DNA from: an uncultured delta proteobacterium
Lineage (GTDB): Bacteria > Desulfobacterota > Binatia > HRBIN30 > BPIQ01
Direction of reading: 5' to 3'
Assembly: GCA_963761335.1 (NCBI GenBank)
Contig: CAVXGR010000021.1
Location: 1 to 64,000 of the forward strand
Length of the DNA: 64,000 nt
The translations under genes and the position numbers were made by a program. This document shows positions 26,877-40,800 of the stretch, in pieces. The notes beneath the pieces are model-generated. The model was not told the origin of the DNA. It saw nothing but the letters and a program-made list of their open reading frames with translations, and ran no database searches. Every line of letters starts with the position of its first letter. Position 1 is the stretch's first letter.

Positions 26877-27650
26877 TTGTCTTCCCTCCCGGCGATCATC
26901 ATCGCCGCCGCACTGCTGTCGCTGGCCGCCTGCGCCCTGCCGCAGCCACAGGCCCCGAAGCGCGACATCCTGGCAGCCTCGCCGCGCGAGCTGATGCCGC
27001 ACGCCGATCGCGACCACTTCGTTTTTCTCTATCAGACCATCGCCAACGGCCAGCCGATCGGCAAGGGCGTCGAGGTCGAGCACGTCAGCGCCGTTGACGC
27101 GCCCGACGAGTTCGAGGTCAGCTCCAGCCAAGACGGTACGCCGATCGGCAGCTCGCGCCTGCGCGACGACGGGAAGTCCATCTGGCTGCTCAGTGAGAAC
27201 GCCGACAGCCTGGACATGCGCCTCGTCTACGATCCGCCACTGCGGCTGCTGTCGGTGCCGCTGAAAGCGGGCGAGGTCGAGATGACCGCCGGTGTCGACG
27301 CTACCCGCCTCTCCTCGGGAGAGAGTCTCGGCCGTCTGTCGACGCACGTGGTGGTGAGGCTCGGAGAAGGGCACACCCGGCTCCACTTCGGCGACCCGTC
27401 GCGCGCCGTTGCCTTCGACGTTCTGCGCACCCTCGAGGGCAAGGAGGGGACGCTCCGCTTCGACGCGCGCTCGACTCTGCTGCCGGGCATCGGCGAGGTG
27501 GAATCGGAGGTGGTCTTCTCCAACGGCGTCCAGCAGCGCCGCGAGCTCGTCTGTGCCATCGTCGGCGGCCGTCTCATCGGCGACTGCAAGGAGCTGGCGC
27601 GGCGCCTCGAAGCGCTGCCCGGCGGCGCCGGAATCGATCCGGAGCTGTAG
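26877..27650 (+). CDS. hypothetical lipoprotein
   Basis: LSLAAC lipobox, beta-rich body, GC-rich codon usage typical of the window. Confidence 0.65.
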   Translation: MSSLPAIIIAAALLSLAACALPQPQAPKRDILAASPRELMPHADRDHFVFLYQTIANGQPIGKGVEVEHVSAVDAPDEFEVSSSQDGTPIGSSRLRDDGKSIWLLSENADSLDMRLVYDPPLRLLSVPLKAGEVEMTAGVDATRLSSGESLGRLSTHVVVRLGEGHTRLHFGDPSRAVAFDVLRTLEGKEGTLRFDARSTLLPGIGEVESEVVFSNGVQQRRELVCAIVGGRLIGDCKELARRLEALPGGAGIDPEL

Positions 27651-27787
27651 GGCCTCTGTAAACTGTTCCGCCGCCTCTCACTGCGCTGCAGTCTATTTTC
27701 GCGTTGCCCTCGCCGCTGCGACTGGCGTATGCGTGTCGAGGCGCCGGCGCCATGCGCCGACGCGAGGAGCTCACGGAAGGAGAGGGG

Positions 27788-28597
27788 ATGACGCGCACCA
27801 CATCCACGGTGTTGGCCCTGGCGTTTGCATGCGCCGTGCTGCCGCCTTCGCAAGCGCGGGCGCGATCGGCGCGCGACCTTCTCGATCGGGCGCAGCAGCT
27901 GGATGACACCACGCGCCATTGGAACGACCGCGTGCAGGAGATGTCCTTGATCATCCACGGCGGCAATGGCGAGCGCCGCCGGGAGCTCAAGGTCTACACC
28001 AAGCGCTATGGGAAGGGCGAGGAGAAATCGATCTCCTTCTTCCTCTCGCCGCCCGAGGTCAAAGGCACCGGGTTTCTGCAGTGGGCGCACGCGGCGCGGG
28101 ACGACGAGCAGTGGCTCTACCTTCCCGAGTTCAAGCGCACGCGCCACATCTCGACATCGCTGCGCGACGAGAGATTCGTCGGCACCGACTTCACGTACCG
28201 CGATCTGGAGATCCTGGGGGAAGTCTTGCGCTGGAGCGAGACCGAGGCGCCGAGTCGGCTGCTCGGCGAGGAGACGGTGGATGGCGTCCGCTGTGACCTG
28301 ATCGAGCTGCGGCCGCAGCAGCGCGGTATGCCGTACGCCCGCCTGCGGCTCTGGCTGGACCACGAGCAGCTCACGCCTCGCCGACTGGAGTTCGACGACC
28401 GCAACGACACCCGGCTGAAGCGCCTGGAGCTCGGCGATGTGCGACTCGTCGGCTCGATCCCCACCGCGCACCACATGGAGATGCGCGATCTGGAAAAGGG
28501 GACGTCGACCACCGTCGAGCTGCGGCGCGTGGTGTACGACTCGCAGCTTCCGGACGACATGTTCACCAGGGGCGCGCTGGAGAGAGGCACGCACTGA
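27788..28597 (+). CDS. LolA-like outer-membrane lipoprotein-sorting protein
   Basis: Signal peptide, FLSPPEVKGTGFL, QWLYLP..KRTR, FVGTDFTY.DL. Confidence 0.85.
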   Translation: MTRTTSTVLALAFACAVLPPSQARARSARDLLDRAQQLDDTTRHWNDRVQEMSLIIHGGNGERRRELKVYTKRYGKGEEKSISFFLSPPEVKGTGFLQWAHAARDDEQWLYLPEFKRTRHISTSLRDERFVGTDFTYRDLEILGEVLRWSETEAPSRLLGEETVDGVRCDLIELRPQQRGMPYARLRLWLDHEQLTPRRLEFDDRNDTRLKRLELGDVRLVGSIPTAHHMEMRDLEKGTSTTVELRRVVYDSQLPDDMFTRGALERGTH

Positions 28598-28844
28598 CGC
28601 CGCGCGCCGAGCGGCGGTGGCGCGGCGCTCCGCGACTCGGTTTTCTGCTTCCATGTCCCTTGTCGAGACCGACTCGCCATTGATTTGAATTCCTCCGCCG
28701 GCGTATCCAGCCGGTACTCGATGGCGCGCGGCGGCTGCCGCGGGAATCAAGGAGGACTGAGATGAACCGAGGAGGAGGAAGCGGCACCAGCTCGCTGGTC
28801 CGGGCCGCCAAAGAATCCGCGACGGCGAGTGGCGACTGCGGGCG

Positions 28845-30542
28845 GTGGCAGGCACGGCGATGAGCGGGCTGGTGCTGGTCAGCCTGAAGCTGATCCACAT
28901 CGTGCCGCACACGGCGCCCGGAGAGCTGTTCTGGGGACGGCCGCAGACGGCGCACCTGATCCATCTGTACTTCGTCATGCTCGGCGCCGCCCTGATCGCG
29001 CCCGCGTTGTCCTCATTCCGCGCGCGCCGCTGCGGGTGGGCCGCGGCGCCATCGCATCTGTCGGCGAGCAGCGCCGGCATCGGTGACCGGCTCGCCGCCC
29101 TGGCGATCGGAGCGGCGCTCGACGGCGCCGTGGCGACGGCGCTTGCCGAGGCGCTGGAGGTCACCGCGGTGGCTCTCTACACGGCCTCGACGCGCGATTT
29201 GATCTACGAGCTGGCGGCGAGCTTCGGCAGTCTGACGGTTCCTGCCGAGGTCGACGGGCGCCGTCTCCTCGAGGCGTGGGGCGCCGGCGGGAAGACGGCC
29301 GAGGCCGTCTGCCTCGATCTCGGCGGCACCGGTAATCTCTCCTGGGCCGCGTGGGCGCCCCTGGCGGCGGCAGGCACACCGGTGGGCCTGATTGCCCTTG
29401 GCGCGCGGCGGGCGAATCGCTTCGATGGGCGCGATGCGCTGCTGCTGCGGCTGATTCTCTCGCAGCTGTCGCTGGCGTTGAAGGCGAGAGAGGATACCAC
29501 GGCGCTGGAGCGCAGCCGCGTCGAGAACGAGGCGCTGCGCCGCCGCACGCAATCGCCCGCCGCCGGCGCCGTGGAGAGGCTGCGCTCGGCGGAACCGTTC
29601 TACGGAATCGTCGGCGCCAGCGAGGCGCTGCGCTCGGTCTTGAGCCTGGTGCAGACGGTTGGACCCAGCGACGCGTCGGTGCTGATCACCGGGGAGACCG
29701 GCACCGGAAAGGAGCTTGTGGCGCGCACCCTGCACCGCCTCAGCCCGCGCCGTGCCGGACCGCTGGTCAGCGTGAACTGCCCGGCGATTCCCAGCCCACT
29801 GGCGGAGAGCGAGCTCTTCGGGCACGAGCGCGGCGCTTTCACCGATGCTGTCGCCTGCCGCTCGGGAAAGTTCGAGCAAGCCGACGGCGGCACTGTCTTT
29901 CTCGACGAGGTGGCCGACTTGCCGCTGGAGATCCAGGCGAAGCTTCTGCGCGTTCTCCAAGAGCGCGAGGTGACGCGCGTCGGCGGCCACAAGGCGCGCC
30001 GTGTCGACGTGCGCCTGATTGCGGCCACCAACCGCGATCTTCGCGCCGAGGTGCGTTGCGGGCGCTTTCGCGAGGATCTCTTCTACCGGCTGGCGGCGCT
30101 GGAGATCGAGCTGCCGGCGCTGCGCGACCGGACCGGCGATATCCCGTTGCTGGCCGCCTTCCTGCTGGAGGGGGTGGCGGCCCGCGCCCAGAAACCGATC
30201 GCCGGCTTCAGCTGCGAGGCGCTGGCTCTGCTGGGCGGATATCACTGGCCCGGCAACGTCCGCGAGCTGCAGAACGCCATCGAGCGGGCCGTGCTGCTTT
30301 GCCGTGGTACGGTCATCCAGGAAGAGCATCTCCCGGCGCTCGGTGCGACAGCCGCGGACAGCGGGCCGCGCTTCGCCAGCGTCGTGCGTCAGGACAAGCG
30401 CCGTCGTATCATGCACGCCCTGTCGCAGACGGGAGGCAATCAGGCGGCGGCGGCGCGCCAGCTCGGCATGTCGCGGAGCAATCTGGCGCGCATGATGAAG
30501 ACACTGGGGATTCCCTCGCCGCGCGCCACGAGGTCGCTGTGA
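28845..30542 (+). CDS. sigma54-dependent Fis-family transcriptional activator (start uncertain)
   Basis: ITGETGTGKE, ESELFGHERGAFT, FLDEV, FREDLFYRL, WPGNVRELQN, C-terminal HTH; GAF-like region upstream. Confidence 0.9.
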   Translation: MAGTAMSGLVLVSLKLIHIVPHTAPGELFWGRPQTAHLIHLYFVMLGAALIAPALSSFRARRCGWAAAPSHLSASSAGIGDRLAALAIGAALDGAVATALAEALEVTAVALYTASTRDLIYELAASFGSLTVPAEVDGRRLLEAWGAGGKTAEAVCLDLGGTGNLSWAAWAPLAAAGTPVGLIALGARRANRFDGRDALLLRLILSQLSLALKAREDTTALERSRVENEALRRRTQSPAAGAVERLRSAEPFYGIVGASEALRSVLSLVQTVGPSDASVLITGETGTGKELVARTLHRLSPRRAGPLVSVNCPAIPSPLAESELFGHERGAFTDAVACRSGKFEQADGGTVFLDEVADLPLEIQAKLLRVLQEREVTRVGGHKARRVDVRLIAATNRDLRAEVRCGRFREDLFYRLAALEIELPALRDRTGDIPLLAAFLLEGVAARAQKPIAGFSCEALALLGGYHWPGNVRELQNAIERAVLLCRGTVIQEEHLPALGATAADSGPRFASVVRQDKRRRIMHALSQTGGNQAAAARQLGMSRSNLARMMKTLGIPSPRATRSL

Positions 30543-30577
30543 CGGCGCGCGACGCGCGCCGCCATCGCAGCGGGTAC

Positions 30578-30676
30578 CGAGTTGGTGAGTTGCCGGGTTG
30601 GCGAGTTACCGGGTTGGCGGGTTGTCGAGTTAGCTTCAACCCGAGAACCCGCCGACCCGTGAACCCGACAACCCTC
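30578..30676. repeat. inverted array of 8-bp repeats (CGRGTTRN)
   Basis: Seven forward units (cgagttgg tgagttgc cgggttgg cgagttac cgggttgg cgggttgt cgagttag) then five reverse units (caacccga gaacccgc cgacccgt gaacccga caaccctc). Confidence 0.85.
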
Positions 30677-30679
30677 TTC

Positions 30680-34960
<4,281 letters not shown>

Positions 34961-35061
34961 GTCACGTCGCACAGCCTCCTCCCGGCCCGGCGGTTGGCAA
35001 TCCGGCGGTGGCCTTGCTACATGCTGCGGTTCATTTGATCGCACCGTCGAGGGGGAGAGCG

Positions 35062-37653
35062 ATGCAGAAAATCGAGGCGCGCCCGCGTCCGGCGCGGGGG
35101 TGGACCTTGTGGGTGGTGGTGGCCGCCGTGGGTCTCGGAGGATGCGGCGGCAGCTCGAATCCGCAGACGAATCTGCCGACGGGCACGCCCACCGAGACGA
35201 GCGCCACCGCCACCATCCCGAGCTCGCCCACCGCGCCCGCGGCGACTGCGACGACGGCGACGGCTGCGGCGACGCCGACAGCTACGGCGACGGCTGCGGC
35301 GACGGCGACCGCGACGGCGACGGAAACCAAAGCTGCCGACACGCCGACTCCCAGTCTCGCCGATCTCTGCGCCGGGGGAACGCGGTGCATCACCCTCGAG
35401 CCGAGCGCCAACGACCAGGAGAACGTGCTCGCCGCCCTCATCGATGCGCAGCTGGGCGACGTGATCGTCCTGCGGCGGGGGAGCTACCACTTCAGCGGCC
35501 CGCTCTCTCTGACGGTGGACGACGTCACCGTCCGCGGCGAGGGCATGGACAAGACGATCCTGTCGTTCCGGGACAACACCACCGGCGGCGAGGGGATGCT
35601 GGTCATGGCGAGCCACTTCACCATCGAGAACCTCGCCCTCGAGGACGGTCCCGGCGACCTGCTCAAGGTCATCGGCGCCGATGGCCTGACCATCCGCGGG
35701 GTGCGCGCCGAATGGACCAACGGTGCCGACGCCGACAACGGCGCCTACGGTCTCTACCCGGTGGACTGCAAGAACGTCCTGATCGAGGACTCGGTGGTGC
35801 GCGGCGCCTCGGATGCCGGCTTCTACGTCGGCCAGTCGCGCAACATCATCCTGCGGCGCAACCTCGCCGAGCTCAACGTGGCCGGCATCGAGATCGAGAA
35901 CTCGTACGACGCCGACGTCTTCGAAAACACCGCCATCCACAACACCGGCGGCATCCTGGTCTTCAATCTGCCCAACCTGGCGATCAAGGACGGCCAGAGG
36001 ACGCGCGTCTTCCACAACGACATCCGCGACAACAACACCCTGAACTTCGCTCCCGCCGGCAACACCGTCGCCGCGGTCCCGACCGGCACCGGCGTCATGA
36101 TCATGGCCAATGATCGGGTCGAGGTTTTCGAGAACCAGTTCTCCGGCAACGACACGGAGCAGATCCTCGTCATCAGCTTCAACACCGCCGAGAAGTTCGG
36201 CACCTTCAAGAATACGGATCCGATCTTCGATCCGTACCCGGAGAGCATCTACATTCTCGACAACACGTACAGCGGTGGTGGCACGCACCCGGCGGAAGGC
36301 TCCGGAACCTTCCTGCTGGCCGCCCACAACAACATGCTGCCGCTGCCGGACATCATCCTCGACGGCGACCAGAACCCCGACCGCCTCGTCGACGGCGTCC
36401 TGCCGGACGCGTTGCGTACCTGCGTGCAGGAGTCGGAGGCGACCTACATGAACCTGCACGGCCTGACGTCCGCGACCTTCGACATCGGCGAATCGAGCTG
36501 CACCTTGGACCGCTTGCCGGAGGTGATCATCCCCGGCGTCAACGACGGCTCGCCGACGCCGACGCGCGTGCCGGTCGGGGAGACGCCGACGCCCACGCCG
36601 GGGAGCGGCTCCGCCGAGACGCGCTGTCAGATCAGCGGCGGCACCGGCGTCAACTTCGACCCGAGCCAGCCCGCCTGCGAGCTGCTGTCGAGCTACCGGT
36701 TCTTCCTGGGCGACGGCTCGGCGCAGAAGCCGAACGCCGGCGTGGTGCCCTACGACCTCAACACGACGCTGTTCTCGGACTTCGCCCTGAAGCATCGTTT
36801 CGTGTGGCTGCCTCCCGGCACCAGCGCCGTCTACGATGAGAGCCAGACATTCGACTTTCCCGTCGGCACGGTGATCATCAAGACCTTCGCCTATCCCGCC
36901 GACTTCCGCGATCTTTCCCTCGGGCAGCGGCTGATCGAGACCCGCCTTCTCACCCGCCGCGAGCACGGCTGGGTGGGCCTCCCGTACGTCTGGAACGACG
37001 ATCAGACGGAGGCGCGCCTGCAGGTGGTGGGGGCCGATCGCCCGGTGAGCTGGATCGATGCTGCGGGCGCGCCCCGCGATATCGAGTACCACGTACCCAA
37101 CGCCAACCAGTGCAAGGAGTGTCACTCGGAGGCTGCCGGAGTGATGCGGCCGGTCGGCCCCAAGGCGCGCAACCTGAACCGTGACTACGGCTACGCCGGC
37201 GGTACCGAGAACCAGCTCGCACACTGGACGGGGATTGGCTACCTCAGCGGGGCGCCCGACCCTGCGGAGGCGCCGCGCGCCGCGGTCTTCAGCGATCCGA
37301 ACAGCGGCACGCTGGAGCAGCGCGCCCGCGCTTATCTGGACGTCAACTGTGGCAACTGCCACAACCCGTCGGGGTTTGCGCACACGACCGGTCTGTATCT
37401 CAACATCCAGGAGTCCGATCCGGCGCAGCTCGGGGTCTGCAAGTCGCCGGTCGCCGCCGGGAAGGGGTCGGGCGGCTTCAGCTTCGATATCGATCCCGGG
37501 CACGCCGATCAGTCGATCCTGACCTTCCGCATGCGTTCCACCGAGCCGGGGATCGCCATGCCCGAGCTCGGGCGGCAGACCGTTGACGACGAGGCGGTGG
37601 CGGTGATCAGCGAGTGGATCGACTCGCTGCAGGGGAGCTGCTCCTCGCCGTGA
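35062..37653 (+). CDS. lipoprotein: parallel beta-helix domain fused to an SO2930-like diheme c-type cytochrome
   Basis: LGGC lipobox, Thr/Ala linker, NGAYGLYPV...GASDAGFYVGQS...NVAGIEIENS, then PYDLNTTLFSD, CKECH, CGNCH, MPELGR. Confidence 0.85.
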   Translation: MQKIEARPRPARGWTLWVVVAAVGLGGCGGSSNPQTNLPTGTPTETSATATIPSSPTAPAATATTATAAATPTATATAAATATATATETKAADTPTPSLADLCAGGTRCITLEPSANDQENVLAALIDAQLGDVIVLRRGSYHFSGPLSLTVDDVTVRGEGMDKTILSFRDNTTGGEGMLVMASHFTIENLALEDGPGDLLKVIGADGLTIRGVRAEWTNGADADNGAYGLYPVDCKNVLIEDSVVRGASDAGFYVGQSRNIILRRNLAELNVAGIEIENSYDADVFENTAIHNTGGILVFNLPNLAIKDGQRTRVFHNDIRDNNTLNFAPAGNTVAAVPTGTGVMIMANDRVEVFENQFSGNDTEQILVISFNTAEKFGTFKNTDPIFDPYPESIYILDNTYSGGGTHPAEGSGTFLLAAHNNMLPLPDIILDGDQNPDRLVDGVLPDALRTCVQESEATYMNLHGLTSATFDIGESSCTLDRLPEVIIPGVNDGSPTPTRVPVGETPTPTPGSGSAETRCQISGGTGVNFDPSQPACELLSSYRFFLGDGSAQKPNAGVVPYDLNTTLFSDFALKHRFVWLPPGTSAVYDESQTFDFPVGTVIIKTFAYPADFRDLSLGQRLIETRLLTRREHGWVGLPYVWNDDQTEARLQVVGADRPVSWIDAAGAPRDIEYHVPNANQCKECHSEAAGVMRPVGPKARNLNRDYGYAGGTENQLAHWTGIGYLSGAPDPAEAPRAAVFSDPNSGTLEQRARAYLDVNCGNCHNPSGFAHTTGLYLNIQESDPAQLGVCKSPVAAGKGSGGFSFDIDPGHADQSILTFRMRSTEPGIAMPELGRQTVDDEAVAVISEWIDSLQGSCSSP

Positions 37654-37750
37654 GCGGCAGGGCGAAGCTCCTGGGAGGCGAAGCTCCGGCTGAACCGGAG
37701 CCGTCGCGAGGTGAGCCTCGCCTGCGCTGAACTTCGCTCTTCTCCTGGAA

Positions 37751-38278
37751 TTATGGCGCCGGCGGGGTGCCCGCGGCGCGTCGCATTCGCTCCCGGCGCC
37801 CAAGTGCGGCGCTGCCGCCGCGCCATGAGCCGCGCACCAGATCCGGGTACTTGGACGCCAGTGTCTGCCGTTGGTGGTCGTCGAGCACACGGAAGACCGC
37901 GATCTTCAAGTCGTCCCCCTTGCCCCACGCCTCGGCGGCGTGCTGCCGGGACTGCTCCGATGCCTTCTGGGCGGCGCTCCAGTCGCCGCCGGAAAGTGCC
38001 TGCTCGAACTGGTGTCGGGATTCCGTCTGCTGCGCCTGAATCTTCATCTGCCCCTGGATCGATGCGAGCAGGACGGCATCCATCTTTTGCTTCTGCTCGT
38101 CGGTCAGATTCAGTGACTCTGTGATCTCGGGCTGATTCCACCAGGCGCGACTCAGGAGGTTCTTTTGCCGGATGGCGGCGATGCCGTCTGCCGGGGCGGC
38201 GGCGACGGGCGGAGAGGCTGCCGCCATGGAGAGCAGAAGGGCTGCGGCACAGAGCGAGATCTGACTGGAAAGCTTCAT
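37751..38278 (-). CDS. Spy/CpxP-like periplasmic helical protein
   Basis: Signal peptide, WW..PEI...LNLTDEQ and VLDDHQRQ (LTxxQ-like) motifs. Confidence 0.7.
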   Translation of the reverse strand: MKLSSQISLCAAALLLSMAAASPPVAAAPADGIAAIRQKNLLSRAWWNQPEITESLNLTDEQKQKMDAVLLASIQGQMKIQAQQTESRHQFEQALSGGDWSAAQKASEQSRQHAAEAWGKGDDLKIAVFRVLDDHQRQTLASKYPDLVRGSWRGGSAALGRRERMRRAAGTPPAP

Positions 38279-38349
38279 CGACGAGGCTCCTCTCAGCAGC
38301 TGCCTATATGCCATTGCGGTGCCCCTGCCAATCAAGAGACGCATCGGTG

Positions 38350-39036
38350 CTACCAGTACCCGTCATCCACGAAGCTGACGTAGCGCCCCTGGCCGATGAC
38401 GATGTGGTCGAGAACACGCACGCCCATCAGATCCCCGACCTCGCGCAGGCGGCGGGTCACCTCGAGGTCCTCCCGCGACGGAGTCGGGTCGCCGCTGGGG
38501 TGGTTGTGGACGAAGATCACCGCCGCCGCGGACTCGCGGACGACCGGCGCGAAGACGTCGCGGGGGTGAACGATGGAGGCCGTGAGCGAGCCTTCGGAGA
38601 CGGCGATGTCCTTGATCTTGCGGTGCTTGTTGTCGAGGAGAACGGCGTAGAAGCGCTCCCGGCGCTCGCTTGCGAGGCGTTCGCGGAAGTGGGCATAGAC
38701 GTCGGCGCTGCCGCGGAAGGGCGTTCCCGGCGTGAACTCGACCTCTCCGAAGCGCTTGGCGATCTCCATGACCGCGAGGATCTCGGCGGCCTTGGCGGGA
38801 CCGATCCCGCGCCTGGCGCACAGCTCGGCGGTGCCGGCGGCAGCGAGCCGGCGCAGATCGCCCTCGAAGCGCGCCATCAGGGCTCGCGCGTGGTCCAGGG
38901 CGCTGCCCCCCTCGCTGCCGTTGCGCAGGATGATGGCAAACAGCTCCGCGGTGGAGAGGGCTGCGGCTCCCCGTTCCAGAAGCTTCTCCCGCGGGCGATC
39001 GCCGCGCGGCCAATCTTTGATTGCCCTCGAGACCAT
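38350..39036 (-). CDS. radC: RadC family JAB-domain protein
   Basis: DRPREKLL, VHPRDVF, HNHPSGDPTPSRED, LDHIVIG. Confidence 0.95.
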   Translation of the reverse strand: MVSRAIKDWPRGDRPREKLLERGAAALSTAELFAIILRNGSEGGSALDHARALMARFEGDLRRLAAAGTAELCARRGIGPAKAAEILAVMEIAKRFGEVEFTPGTPFRGSADVYAHFRERLASERRERFYAVLLDNKHRKIKDIAVSEGSLTASIVHPRDVFAPVVRESAAAVIFVHNHPSGDPTPSREDLEVTRRLREVGDLMGVRVLDHIVIGQGRYVSFVDDGYW

Positions 39037-39175
39037 CCGTGGTCGCGCCCCATACTCCGCGACCCCGAAAAAAAGTCAAAGCCCACTTTTCAAATTTGAA
39101 TTGCCGCTCGATTCCTACGCCGGGAACGGTAAAATGGAAATCGACCAAGGGCCAAAGTGAAAGGGGGAAGCTCGG

Positions 39176-39592
39176 ATGCGTTTTGCGGATCTCGATCCGG
39201 GCGCAGTTGCCGAGGCGGATGAGCTTGCCGAGTTGACGTCGCTGGGCGGCGGAGAATCGCGATCGGCACCGTACACGGGGACGAAGGCGCTCATGCTGGC
39301 GATTCTGGAGGACGGAATACGCGCTTATCTGAGCGCCTCCACGCGGGCGCGGGAAGAGGCGGAGCTGTGGATTCGCAGCCCGAAGCGGCACTTCGTCTTC
39401 TCCTTTCCGATCGTCTGCGAGACTCTCGGCCTCGAGCCCGACGCGGTGCGCATGGCGCTGGCCAGGTGGCGCAGCGACGGGGTATCAGCGGCGGCCAAGC
39501 GCCCGGCGCGCACGCGTCAAGCCGTCGAAACCGTCCGCCGCTCTCTGCGACAGCGTCCGGACCGGCGCAGGGCGAGAACCCTGGCCGGCTGA
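39176..39592 (+). CDS. hypothetical protein
   Basis: KALMLAILEDGI...EAELWI...FSFPIVCETLGLEP core with a basic tail; AGGGGG RBS upstream. Confidence 0.7.
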   Translation: MRFADLDPGAVAEADELAELTSLGGGESRSAPYTGTKALMLAILEDGIRAYLSASTRAREEAELWIRSPKRHFVFSFPIVCETLGLEPDAVRMALARWRSDGVSAAAKRPARTRQAVETVRRSLRQRPDRRRARTLAG

Positions 39593-39624
39593 GCGGCTCG
39601 TCCGAGGGGCCGAGGCGGCGCTTC

Positions 39625-40800
39625 TCAGGCGACGCGCAGGAGCAGGCCGTGCAGATACTCGCCTTCCGGGTGCGCCAGCGCCGTGGGGTGGTCGAGCCCG
39701 GCGCCGAGATGGCGAAGCACCTGAACGTCGCGGCCCGCGTCGGCGGCGGCTCCCTGCACCACCCGCCGGAACAGGTCGAGCGGCATGTGTTGCGAGCAGC
39801 TGAAGGTGAGCACGGTTGCCTCCGGGGCGGCGCGCCGGAAGGCCTGGAGATTGAGATCCTTGTAGGCCCGCGCTCCCTGGCGCAGGTCCTTGCGGTGCTT
39901 CACCAGCGCCGGCGGGTCGAGTACCAGCAGGTCGAACTGCTCCTCGGTCCGCCGCAGGAACGAGAAGACGTCCGCCTGCTCAAAGCGCGCCCCCGAGGCG
40001 GGCAAGTCGTTCGCCGCCCAGTTGCGCTCCGCCAGTGCAAGGGCGCGCGCCGAGGTCTCCACGGAGACCACCAGGGCGGCGCCGCCCGATCCTGCATAGA
40101 CGGCGAAGCCGCCGGTATAGGCAAAGGCATTGAGCACGCGGCGGCCGCGGGCGAGTTGCCGCGCCAGCGAGCGGTTGGGGCGCTGGTCGAGATAGAACCC
40201 CGTCTTCTGTCCGCTGCGCAGGTCGACGGCGAAGGTGTGTCCGTGCTCGCGCACCGAGACGCTGTCCTCCGGTGGCTCGCCGGCGGCGCAGCCTTCCACC
40301 TGTGGCAGACCCTCTTCGCGGCGCACGCCGCCGCTGCTGCGCTCGAAGACCCCGCGGCGCGGCAGCGCCGCGCCCAGCGACTCCAGGAGGAGGGGCTTGA
40401 GCTGCTCGGCGCCGGCAGTGAGCGCCTGCAGCACGGCGAAGTCCGCGTAGACGTCGACGATGAATCCCGGAAGGCCGTCGCCCTCGCCGTTGATGAGCCG
40501 ATAGCAGTCGGTTTCGGCGTCGATGCAGCGGCGGCGCCAGGCCAGCGCCATCTGCAAGCGGGCGCGCACGAAGTCGCCGTCGATCGGCTCGTTTCGGCGG
40601 GTCAGCATGCGCACTGCGATGGCGCAGCGGGGATTGGCATAGCCGCGGCCGAGAAGCTCGCCGCGAGCGTCGCGCACCTCGACGACGGAGCCGGGCGCCA
40701 GCCCCGGATCGAGGTCGTCTAGGGCGCCGGAAAAGATCCAGGGATGTCCGGCGCGGACAGGCCGGTCCTTTTCCGGCTTGAGACGAACCGAGATCGGCAT
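39625..40800 (-). CDS. rlmI: RlmI/RlmK-type 23S rRNA methyltransferase
   Basis: PUA-like GHPWIFSG, INGEGDGLPG, GQKTGFYLDQR, LNAFAYTGGF, LDPPAL, FSCS, EGEYL. Confidence 0.9.
   Translation of the reverse strand: MPISVRLKPEKDRPVRAGHPWIFSGALDDLDPGLAPGSVVEVRDARGELLGRGYANPRCAIAVRMLTRRNEPIDGDFVRARLQMALAWRRRCIDAETDCYRLINGEGDGLPGFIVDVYADFAVLQALTAGAEQLKPLLLESLGAALPRRGVFERSSGGVRREEGLPQVEGCAAGEPPEDSVSVREHGHTFAVDLRSGQKTGFYLDQRPNRSLARQLARGRRVLNAFAYTGGFAVYAGSGGAALVVSVETSARALALAERNWAANDLPASGARFEQADVFSFLRRTEEQFDLLVLDPPALVKHRKDLRQGARAYKDLNLQAFRRAAPEATVLTFSCSQHMPLDLFRRVVQGAAADAGRDVQVLRHLGAGLDHPTALAHPEGEYLHGLLLRVA

Noticed and set aside
30578..30676. CRISPR array (also at 8753, 15213, 49033)
   Set aside because: Units are 8-9 bp and contiguous with no unique spacers; no cas genes.
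35230..35330. GCGACG tandem repeat
   Set aside because: It is simply the coding Ala/Thr linker of the lipoprotein.
38350..39036. radC as a marker of a mobile element
   Set aside because: Full-length chromosomal type with an N-terminal HhH region and housekeeping neighbours.
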